64,000 bases of DNA from Lingula anatina (Eukaryota > Animalia > Brachiopoda): the NCBI GenBank assembly GCA_051362555.1, contig CM120648.1, positions 6,134,587 through 6,198,586 on the forward strand, in the 5' to 3' direction. Shown piece by piece: positions 37,988-49,005 of the stretch. A program made the position numbers and the translations under genes. The notes beneath the pieces are model-generated. The model searched no databases and had not been told where the DNA came from. It saw nothing but the letters and a program-made list of their open reading frames with translations. The stretch's first letter is position 1. Each line of letters opens with the position of its first letter.

Positions 37988-40900
37988 CAAATTTACTGCA
38001 ACGAGTAGAAAAAATGTCTTAACATAATTACTGCAATTAGTTGAAAAATCATAAAAGATGCATATGATTTTGATTACTAAGTGAACAGCAGGTAAATTAT
38101 TTCAAAATAGAAGATACATGGATGTACATGTAAAAAGCATAGATGTTTTTTAAATTCAAAAATATAATGTTCACCCGGGTAAATACTTGCCAGCCATATT
38201 ACTTGAGATACTGAAATCTCTTGTAGAACATAAATGGGTAGATAAATGGTGCTCACTAGAAACTCTAACAGTTGGATGGAGTAGCTCATCAGAAAATGGA
38301 TATTTAATTAGTACGTTTTACACTAAATAAAATAGAATATGGTAGACCAGCAGGTGATTCTAGTAAGATACAGGATGTGTACAGAAAGGCCAATAACTGC
38401 CCATTAATGTAAGTGAAAAAGAAGGTCATGAAAAGTGACTGAAAGTCAGTAAAATGGGGTCAAGGCCAATAGGAGATAGAAGAAAATAAGCAGATCATTG
38501 CGACCAATAAACTTTAATCAAGGGAAATCCTATTTCTGTGAAAATTTACCAGTTTGGTGAAGATGACATCTTCACAGAATGCCCTTCAGTACATATCAAA
38601 CTTTGTTTTGGGGCAATGAGATCATGACTATATGTTGAGTTCTATGTAGTGTGAGGCACAGTTCAGCATCATATCATGTGCTCATATCACCAAGTCCATT
38701 TAATATATGAAGTCAGAATTAAACATGGACAAGTAATAATATCTAGGAAGGCAGCAAATTTTGCAATGGTAATTTGTAGATTTAGATCTAGTTTAACAAA
38801 CTCTATATTTAAAATGTTTTGCGTTTTTAAGAAATATCAATGACATATGATCTTTGATTTGCTGTATTAATGAAATGATATTTGTTAGAAATTTATAAAA
38901 TCATGCATACCTGGGGATAAGTATTTTTTGAAATAGTCATTTTTTGCCATGGGACACACACTGAAGATAATATTCAATACCCAATGACAATGGGTCCCGC
39001 CTTGGTTAAGTTCCTACAATATTTTATAGCGTTCTATAAAATTGCAGCATCAGCAGCATTATTGTTGTATATAATCATAAATTAGATATTTGGTTCTGTA
39101 TGTTGTAACAATCAAATGTTCACGATGCTATACCTGTATGTGTAATCGTCGTCCGTGTTTACAACATGTCGGTATGCTGATACACGCATGCACTTGTAAT
39201 GCACGAGTCTTTGTACAGTTCACAAGCGCGCCGTCACAGCATTGTCTTGCCATTATATTTTACACTAAGGACTTACAAAGTAGATGTATTGTTATTGTAC
39301 GTGCCCTCACATGTTGAACTTGTATGCTAACAGTAGATTACTTGAAACATTTACCTGGGTACGTAGCAAGCTCCAATATATTACTCATTTACAGTTCTTT
39401 CAGCTTTTTGTGTACCTCATTTTTATCGTGGTATACAGATTTTAAGCCCCCTCAGCTTTAATTATGAGAAGCATTATTATGTTATAGTATACATGTATTC
39501 AGATTTGTTTATTGTAAGATATTTTAACTCTTACTAGCACTACTGCAGTATTTTTTTCTTGCACTTTTTGCATAGATTTTGTCCTGATGGACAGACCAAG
39601 TACAATCAAGTGATTTTAATCACTGTTAGAGCATTTTTCTTTGTTTCCCAGACTTCAACTGATTTTAATAACAGAAATCCATGTTTTTATTTTTTTTTTT
39701 TTCTCTTTGCTGAAATCGAGTTGAACGTTCCCACCAAACAGTTCGAAGTATTTTTGTAGTAATTAGTTTGTTGGTATGTAATTTTTAATCCAGGTTTTAA
39801 TTAGTTGATGTTTTCATGAAACGATGATTTTGGACAATGAGTGGATCTTTATTTTTGATGGTTAAAAAATGAGTCACCATAACAAATGTTTTAGTAATGT
39901 CCACTTACATTATATTGTGTAGTTAGTGCAGATAATGTCTAGTATTTTTATATTATTGTTGTATTATCCATTGCCTCTGTTCATCCATATCATTTCAATA
40001 TTTGACTTCTGATGTTACAAGTATGTAAGGGAAAAAAGAACAAGTGTAGAATTTTGATTTCCATGGTAACCATTACGGTTGCTGTGGTTACGGTGAGGAA
40101 GAGTAGGGGGTGTGGTCATCCAGCAATAAGGTACCAAGTCGTGTTTGCAACCAGGTTGTGACAGATCAACATGAGCAGTGAATCTGCACACTTTGTGATT
40201 TGAATTGTAAACTGCAGAAAGCCAATCAAATCCTGCGTTGCCACCTCCCTCCCCCTCCGACATCCCATCACCAGTTTAATTGAATTCAACTAATCGCTAC
40301 CAAAGGCCTTCTAAATGCTATAGCTTTTTCAATTTTTTTTTTACCTCTGTGATGAACTATCCACCCTTATGTAACTACCCCACCCCTTAACAAACAAGCA
40401 AAGCTGTACAGGAGATAATTGTTAGGTTGGTTCTTTGATTTTGGAACAGCAGGAAGGGCCCACGGTGGAGAGAAGAATTTAACCAGGTGTCATGAGATTG
40501 GCTCCTGCAGTATCTTATTTCACAGCCTGCTGATATAGAATGTTCAAAGTTGAGAAGTCACATGAGGACTGGAAAAGTCTCTGTATGATTTTAGAGTACA
40601 GCCTGCGATAGTGTGGCTTCACAACTTGTGTCCTTTCATACCAGATTTGAACTTGGCAGGAATGGTTGCTGTCTTGCATATTGTCAAAACACAGTCGTTA
40701 ACATCACACACACTTGCAACCTGTTTTTAAGGTGTAGAATATGGTTTTCTCAACTGCATTTGAATTTTCAGATGTTGTTGAATATAAAATTTAAAACTTG
40801 AGAGAAAAGACTACAGGTCTTTGCCATTTGAGATTCTATGTGACTCCTGCATGATGGTATACGGTATTGGAAATAATCCCCCACCCCTGCCTCTCTCCTC

Positions 40901-42385
40901 ACCCCCACCCCCATCATTTAGAGATGAGCTCAAGATCAATAGAAACTATTATTGTCTTAGTGGATTGATACGGGTTTACAATTGCTTCAATATCTCCTCT
41001 ATAAGAAAGTGGATTGACAACACTGTGCTTCAGGTAATTTAGTTTTGGTACTCAAACTGAGGCGACAGGTGGATAAGAAATCCTCAGAACATATTGCTCA
41101 GTTCAGATATTGCAAATGTGATTGTGATTGGTTGTGAAATGAGCAGACCACCCAATCACAATCAATATATCACATCTACCACATTCTAGCTCAATTTGAA
41201 TCCACATCAGAAGATCATCTTGTATTTATTTATTTATTTACTTTTATTTATTTATTTATTCAGATTCAGCTTTTTTTCCAATCATAAGAATAGTTTTAAA
41301 CATAAATAGTGTTTAAATCTTTGCTACATCTTTATTGTCATTATTGTGAATAAGTTTGATGCAAAGGCATCGTTATATGGCATTCTGAATATTGTAGTTG
41401 GTTCTTAGTTTCTATGTTCAGACATATTATGTCTGGGCATACATCACAGAAATCTAGTACTGAAAAGATCTGCATTTTGTTTGAAATGAATGTTAACAAT
41501 GGTAGGTATACATCTTGAAGATCTTCATAGTCACATGTTTTTGTTTACTTTTACCCATCTAAACAATGCAGTTGACAATTTTCTGCACTGTCAGACACTT
41601 GTTCAAGTTCCATATTAACAAATTAAATGTCATTTTGGCATTTATGACCATATTGACCAATGATGTCACCTATTTTCCAGCAATTTGATGTGTATTTTTA
41701 CTTTAGGTCAAGTTTATACTTTTTGTTTGGTTACAAGTACCCATACCATGATAACTGAAATGGAATCGTATCATATAATTCATTTTGTCTGTACATGCCA
41801 GCATTGCTGTATAGTGACTTCTTTGCTGAAAGCTATTGCCAAATAGGTACTTAATGTTAAACACATAAAATATTGAACAAATACCAAACATCTTATAAGA
41901 ATGTTAAATTAAAGAAAACAGTTTGGAAGCCAAGATTTTATCTTCAATCCTGTGTTTTGTAAAGACTGAAATAATTTTTGATGGCTCTTTGTAGAAAGTA
42001 TACAGCTAATGTGCAAGTGAGAGCAATCCCTAGGTTTGGAAGAATATTTTAGCATTTCAGTTATTTATTTATTTACTTAGTTACTTGTTCATTGGTTTCC
42101 AAGCAGACAATACACCTTGTCTATAAGTGGATAACTATTTTGTTAGCAGGAATTAATTTTACTTACTCACTCAAGAATAACAATGCATTTAGAAATTATC
42201 AGTTAGTTTCATGATTTTCAAGTAATCACCATGCAGCTTATATTATTTCACAACTAATTATTTTTCTTGATCCATGATTAATTTAAATGAAATTGTTTAC
42301 GGATAATCAGTTAAGTGATATACCTCAAGATGAATTTGTAATGTTTTGTGATGTAAATTTATTGTTTAGTCTCTGCTGTGTAATC

Positions 42386-42391
42386 AATAAA
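42386..42391 (+). terminator. Candidate polyadenylation signal of the Pax transcript (would imply a ~4.4 kb 3'UTR)
   Basis: AATAAA preceded by UGUA/U-rich sequence and followed by GU/U-rich sequence. Earlier AATAAA hexamers also exist. Confidence 0.3.
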
Positions 42392-42887
42392 GTAACAGCT
42401 AGCTATTATGTAGCTATTGTAATTGTTGATTTGCATTGATATCTGCTGAACATTTCTTGTTGCTAAAGGACACAATTGCACACACACGGCACCTTCATAA
42501 ACCTGGTAAAATATATCCGATGGATATAACAGGTTTTAAGGAAATTCAAGATGGCAGTTAATGACTAAAAAATGCATTTCAACAAAGAAAATTTGCAATG
42601 CCTCTTACTAAGCAGGTTATACCAAAAGAGTTTGATCATTAAAACCTTTTAAACATCGAGTGGCAAATTTCAGCGATCCAATCTGCACTGGTATACTTTA
42701 AGAGTTCCTTGCATAAATTATGTTACGGGCTGTTTTCCTTTTGCAATTTCTCCACAGATGTGCTTTTTACGGTTTAGGTATCTAATTGACCGCGTGAGCA
42801 CGGGGACTCCACCAAGGCTGTTAATATCTAAGGTATCAGTCCCTAAAATGTACTGATACAGAACACATAACTTTAGTACACGACTTA

Positions 42888-43104
42888 GACCCCATTTCCA
42901 GAGATTAGATCGATCTACTTTAGATCGACCTAACTCCCTGGGGGTTCACGCTAAATAGCTGTCAGCCGAGCGGACACGAAAGTTAATTACCCCCTTACAG
43001 CTTGTAGTAGGCGGGACGGACATATATAAGCCAGATTATCTGACAGTAATCTAGTGAGACTCCCCGCGGGGATAGATCGATCTAAAAGCTCTGGGAATAC
43101 AGCC
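42888..43104 (+). mobile_element. ~215 bp non-autonomous PIF/Harbinger-type MITE, copy 1
   Basis: Imperfect TIRs (GACCCCATTTCCAGAG / reverse complement GGCTGTATTCCCAGAG), subterminal TAGATCGATCTA palindromes at both ends, 3-bp TSD TTA. Near-identical copies at 47639 and 54095. Confidence 0.85.
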
Positions 43105-43818
43105 TTAATGTGAAAAGTGCCAAAGTCAAGCGGAAAACTAGCCCGAGCACATATGAAACACTTAAAAAATCAAACAGGTAAATATTAAGAAAAATTCAAG
43201 AACAGCTTGATAAAAACCCGCCTCATGAGCGATAAAGACTCAAAACCAAATATAACCAATTGATATAACTATGTATTCAACTCCATATTTTACGCCCCCT
43301 TTATCTGCAGTTCAAGTTTGTCTGATAAAGCAAGCGTTCAAAGTGTAAGTGGAAGAATGAAATTAAAACTCGTTTCTTTCTATATTTCATTTACCACGGC
43401 CGTACTGACACAGTGCAGGGCATTCTTTCAGGATTACGATTTTGACGGAACCGGCCTGATTTAGATAAACAAGCATATAATTCTCAATTCGCAAGAAAAA
43501 TTAATACTGTATTGCTCCTGCATATTCTAATTTAAGCATGTGTTGACGTATAGAATCATAATATGTCCTTAAAATTATTTAAAAAGCGTTTGTTACACAT
43601 TCGCTCATTCAAACTATTACTATTATATGTACGTTAGTGTTTCTGGAGAGAATCTGTGGTCTTTAACGGCATGAATAAAACAAACGTTCCAGACTTAATA
43701 AAGATCGCGATTTCCCAAACACCCTTCCTGTTCGAGAACTTCTACGGGAAACACCTACTGTCGGCAATTTCAATAAACATGATCCGTTATGATCGAAATT
43801 AGGAGTACCCAATCTGTT

Positions 43819-45798
43819 TTACGATTTCCTTTGCAATTTGCAGTAACAGTAAGGTCGGAGATGTGGGAGAGCATTCATTATGCAGTGTGGTTGCTCTCCA
43901 TACACGTTTATTCTACTGATGGATCTGTCACTGCACTTGAAAGTTTTTTCTTTGTGACTTTGGTAAACCGTAGCCTCGAAACGTCCGAGCCCTGGTTGAG
44001 TTTCTACGGTAACTTGATAGAAAAAGCCATTTCCCGCGAAAGCCTTCTCCTCGATAAAAAATTTGGGCACTCGGCCATCTTGATCAGCGGACTTCTCAAA
44101 TGTCAATACTTTCGCATTATCTGGGGACATTTTGATCGCGGAAATTACTCTTCCTAATGTCAGGCGTGAACATTTATCTCTTTTCTCTTTGGTCATCTTG
44201 TTGATTGTTGACACAACTTCGTGCGTAGCCTCAGTGACATCCGGATCACTAATGTTAAGTCTTTCCCACTTTTGACACGCGCACCAATGAGGCTCTATCC
44301 CCGCATCTGCGCATGTCCGCTCAAGGGGAATCTCTTCAAATAGACTGATGCCGCGTTTTAGTTTCCCGCCTGCCTCAGTTTCTGACTGCTTATAATTCAA
44401 CATGTCCATAAAAGTGGCGTGAATATCAAACGGGGATGTCAGGCGTTTCGCATTGATTAGAAAATTTGTATAAGCCTCGGGATAAAGCTTTTGAAATTTC
44501 TCCGGAAAACGAAATGAAAAGAACGGCAAGCGTTCTTCCAACTTTCCTTGAAAGGTCTCTCGCAATTTTCCAAAACGACAGCCGTGATCTGACATTAAAA
44601 TAAGCACAGTTGAGTCAAGATGGCCATCTTTTTCTAGGTACTTTAAAAACTTGGTAAGTTCATCATCAGCGTTTTGAAGTGTTGTGTACTGACTATTGTG
44701 GCTGTATTCGTTATGAAACCCGAGGACGAATTTTGGTTTGTCTGGGTACAGCACAAAGGCTTCTTTGAGCCAGTTCAACTGGTTAAGATGGTTGGACATG
44801 GAACCAAGACAAAAGCTCTGAAACATGTTTGATATCTCCCTTTTTCTCAAGTAGAATACACGCATGTTGTAGTCTGTAGGTGTTTCATTAAACCCAAGCA
44901 ATCTATAATGAAACGTCCCAATGGTGGGTTCATCCTCAACCCACTGAGTGATATAGCCATGCCTTTTGAAATCCTTCCAAACAAATGGGAATCCATCAAC
45001 AGACACAGCGCCAGGCCTTCCGCGCCTGGATTCCGGAAGCTCCTCTTCAGTGAGGCCCGTAAGGATAGGGAGAAAAGCCTGTGTGGTACCGTCACCAACG
45101 ATGTTGTATCCTTCAAGAACAGTTCCCTTCAGGTTCTTGGTGAAATACTGATAGGTCTTGGGCAGGTGGCGCATCCAAGTTAGACGAGAAACGCCATCGT
45201 AGCCTATCATCAGAACACTTAAACCCATTGCGTTCCTCCCCCTTGGCGTGCTGTTGACACGTGCGAAAAGTGATGCATTGTACGCTATCCCAGACACTAA
45301 GTTTGTGTAATTCTCTCCGGTGGTTGGAGAGGTACAGTGTACTTCAGAAAAATCAAACTTTAATGGATCTCCATCAGTGAAGTCTGTTTTACTTCCCAAG
45401 CGCACGGTGTAGTCATCAATACCTCGCAGTATTGGGACGTAAAAACAATGTATTTTGGTGTGTCTTTGGCGGGCCTTTCGAGAAATGCGATATGTTCCGT
45501 TTTCAACGTAGACCCAGTTCGTTTCTGCAGCACGGCTACACTGCACAGGAGCAGTTTTCGTTATAAACGACATTATTCCTGGTGCAAGTATTTTCAGGTC
45601 AGGCAAAACGCAGGCTGAGACGCGAGTGTTCTCGGGGAGAACCTTGGCTATGGTCTGGTTATAGGATTCGTCATGTAGCCAACTGATACCGACATAAACA
45701 GTAATGCATAGTATTGAGAGACTCATGAGAAAGGAAACCTTTCTACAGAAAACTTTCGGTATTCTGTAAAGCAGCAGAGAGAATAAAGATGACTTCAT
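43819..45798 (-). CDS. DUF229-family protein (alkaline phosphatase/sulfatase superfamily), type II membrane, paralogue A
   Basis: 659-aa uninterrupted ORF with an N-terminal hydrophobic anchor. Motifs GYDGVSR, YNIVGDGT, EYSH, LILMSDHG, GKLEERLPF, LTSPFDIHATF, RTCADAGIEPHWCAC and LRPYCYC are typical of DUF229. Confidence 0.9.
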   Translation of the reverse strand: MKSSLFSLLLYRIPKVFCRKVSFLMSLSILCITVYVGISWLHDESYNQTIAKVLPENTRVSACVLPDLKILAPGIMSFITKTAPVQCSRAAETNWVYVENGTYRISRKARQRHTKIHCFYVPILRGIDDYTVRLGSKTDFTDGDPLKFDFSEVHCTSPTTGENYTNLVSGIAYNASLFARVNSTPRGRNAMGLSVLMIGYDGVSRLTWMRHLPKTYQYFTKNLKGTVLEGYNIVGDGTTQAFLPILTGLTEEELPESRRGRPGAVSVDGFPFVWKDFKRHGYITQWVEDEPTIGTFHYRLLGFNETPTDYNMRVFYLRKREISNMFQSFCLGSMSNHLNQLNWLKEAFVLYPDKPKFVLGFHNEYSHNSQYTTLQNADDELTKFLKYLEKDGHLDSTVLILMSDHGCRFGKLRETFQGKLEERLPFFSFRFPEKFQKLYPEAYTNFLINAKRLTSPFDIHATFMDMLNYKQSETEAGGKLKRGISLFEEIPLERTCADAGIEPHWCACQKWERLNISDPDVTEATHEVVSTINKMTKEKRDKCSRLTLGRVISAIKMSPDNAKVLTFEKSADQDGRVPKFFIEEKAFAGNGFFYQVTVETQPGLGRFEATVYQSHKEKTFKCSDRSISRINVYGEQPHCIMNALPHLRPYCYCKLQRKS

Positions 45799-47638
45799 GT
45801 CAGCATCAGTGAATCAGTTACCAATGGTTTTGTGAAAGGCAATCGCGAGAATGCAGCGATTTCTGAGAAATGGACCGATTGACCCGTTTCTTCTAAAGGG
45901 AATATTAGGACGTTAAAGCTGTTTTTTTTAAGTTAATGTCTCACCTTTGTTTCAAAATGACATTTTTGCTCTTTCTCGATCAAATAAGAATTTCTCGTTG
46001 TCCCTTGCAATGAAAAATGTATGATTCCGTTTGACACTGTCTATCACCAGTTAGATCCAGATGAGGTGTCCTTGGTTCTTCTTCTGTCCTTTACATATCA
46101 ATGTCTTTTTATCAATGTATACAGACAACGTAAATCACTGGAGATAGTAACCTAATCCGCCTAGACATAGGTCAACAGAGACAAGGGACAAGTTGCAATA
46201 CTGTACATGCATGTCATAAGTTGTTGCGCAGATGATGTGCACGCGTCTGGTAGACAACTGTTTTGTAATATATAATCACATAAGCACTGTATGTGATATT
46301 TCCATGTGACATGTATGACAATAGCAAAACCCATTTTAGTGATAGATAAAACTGCAAACCTCCTGAGTGACCCTTCCGTTATCTTTCCCAAACCCTGTTC
46401 TGCTGACCGAGGCCTCTGGCAAGGTAACTGATTTCTCTTAATCACTTTGATTCTTGTCTGGCAGAAAAGGTTATCCGCAAAAATATATCGTTATCCAAGG
46501 TTATCCGCAAAAATATATATAGTTATACTAAAATATCATACTTCGAGATGTACGAGTAAGCCAAAAAATACCGAATAACAAGCGAGCATAGTGTCTGTTC
46601 ATTTGGACCATTGAGGAGCCATTATTGTTCTATTAAGCGCACGATATGAGGGTGTCACGAGGCCGAAATGGAGATAAGTAGCAAATTACCAGTAGTTTCA
46701 GACAGAGTAATGTTAACCCGGGTAGCACTGGTATTAATGTTCCTTCCTTCCGTCATGGGGATATTGATTATAAAAAGGATCCATTCACTGGAATGATTTA
46801 TTGATAAGGCGCGATTAATTGTTCGCAGCCAAGGAGGTTATCTTGATAACATTCAAAATTTCCATTTAACTGCCTTAGTTAATACTCACAGCTTTTAATA
46901 TGATGAAACACAGTGGGGCGCGGGGCGAAATGAGTTCTTTTTAAGTGTTTTTTTTTTTTTTTTTTTTTTTTGATAAATTGCTACAATAAAAAGCAAGAAA
47001 AGAATTTGTCAACATCTTTACAAATTAACCTTGAATCCTTGAATATCTACCTGCAATACCGCCATGACGATGACCTACATCAAATGAAAAACAAACCCTT
47101 TTAGCTAATGCACATAAAAAGAAAAAATCGTACTGCTTTGATAACATTTTAGCGCTCTTAATTTGAGAATTGAAACTGATGTACATATTAAATCAAACCC
47201 AACAGCTTAAGTAGAAAGAATATGAGTTTGCTGGGACTTGAATGAAGAGTATTCCGTAACAGTTTGCACAAAATACACACTTTTAGATAAAACGTGATTT
47301 TAAACCTAATATATCCTGTAACACTACTGTGCTTTCGCTTCGTTCAATCGGACAACTATCACAACCAATAACACTTAGGGTAATAATTTGCTATACTAAA
47401 CGTGACCTTGCTAAAGGGTTTGAACACCCACGCTAAAGAGAAAATAGAAGATTGCTAATTCTGGCATTTTCGCTCTTTTACTCAAGGTACACTTAAAATA
47501 ATATGGGCACTGAGTAACTACATATCTTGGCTTTCTTTGCCCCAAATGTGCCTTTAAAAGGAAGCACAAGTGCTGAGCTTACTTGTGTCCCAATTCGGTG
47601 AGTCTTTCAAAGTACACTAAATAGTGGGCCTAAGCTAA

Positions 47639-47848
47639 CACCCCATTTCCATAGATTAGATCGACCTACTTTAGATCGACCTAACTCCCTGGGATTCACG
47701 CTAAATAGCTGTCAGCCGGGCGGACACGAAAGTTAATTACCCCTTACAGCTTGTAGTAGGCGGGACGGACATTTAAGTCGGATTATCTGACAGTAATCTG
47801 AGACTCCCCGCGGGGATAGATCGATCTAAAATCTATGGTAATAGAGCC
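47639..47848 (+). mobile_element. PIF/Harbinger-type MITE, copy 2
   Basis: Same internal sequence as copy 1 (ctaaatagctgtcagccg...cttgtagtaggcgggacggac...ccccgcggggatagatcgatcta); TSD TAA. Confidence 0.85.
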
Positions 47849-48568
47849 TAAGACCCAAGATATCTTGGTCGGGATCCTAGGCCTAAGTATGTTTTAGGAT
47901 CCCTTCATATTCGTTCATATGTTGTGGTTAATATTCATGCGACCCACTAGTACTGTATGCAGGTATTATAATTTATTCATTTAAGCCCGCTATGTGTCGT
48001 ATCCTAGCCTATGGGAATTTCTCAGAACAGAAATCCTACAGTGGAAAAAAGCAGCGTGAGAAGAGAAATTTGATTAGTTGGTTAACGAGCACGACCGACC
48101 CGACCCTAGTGAAATCGATTTTAGCACCTCATTCTTCATAATCGAAAAAATCGTTTATTAAAATTGCTACCGACCTTGCTTTCTACCTGCAGTGTTCGTT
48201 AAACATCATCTATTATTAAAAAGAAAAGAAAAGTTAAAAAAGCCTACTAAATCTGTTTTAAGAGAATCTCAGCTCGTAAACCAACCTATCATTTTTGTCT
48301 GTCCTGACTGTTCACAGTGAATCGATACTGTTATAAGTGAGTGTAACTTTCCGTGTGCGTGCCACGTTCCGGGAAGGAAGACGGTGCCATCTAACAGTGA
48401 ATGAGGATGCGCTCTTTCACAGAACGATTGAGACAGTATCATTAATTAATCGACAAATAACATTGATTCATTGTAATCAATAGCAACGATTTTATGAATT
48501 ATTCTCGGAATCGACATTTCGTCGGCATAGCCTGTTGGGCATGGTCAGGTGGGCAACCTGGACACCCT

Positions 48569-48631
48569 TGACGTCACGACCCTTACCTAGAGTCACATAG
48601 CCACTCACGTGACCAAGTCGGACAGGTAAAT
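48569..48631 (+). promoter_or_regulatory. Candidate promoter/first exon of DUF229 paralogue B
   Basis: Perfect CRE TGACGTCA at 48569-48576, CTCACGTGAC E-box at 48604-48613, donor cag|gtaaat at 48626, in a CpG-containing context. Confidence 0.35.
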
Positions 48632-49005
48632 GTTGAATTTATATTATCTACTGGGACCAATATATAGCAGACGGATTATCCAAAACTTGAGACAGAAAAG
48701 CACTCGGTACAGAAAAGGAAACAAGAACATGTTATCATGGTCGTACTGAGAGCAGCGGCAAACGAAAAACGGAATAATATATTTTTCTTGGGCAGAGATT
48801 CTTATTCGATCGAACAAACAGGACAGTTTATTTACTTGTAGACATTCTGCAACAAAGGTGAGCCATTTATTTTCTCCATAAAAAAGGCATCGAAGCACAA
48901 ACTTGTTCATTTCTTACAAAGCGCTGAAAATAAAGTTTTGCCTTTCACAAGGCCGCTTTAATACATTTTTAACAAGCAGTCAGCGGTTTGCTTCTTGGCG
49001 TTGAC

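Noticed and set aside
36710-37990. Antisense and alternative-frame ORFs over the Pax last exon (similar ones overlie the DUF229, repeat-protein and TRIM genes)
   Set aside because: Shadows of real coding sequence with no independent motifs.
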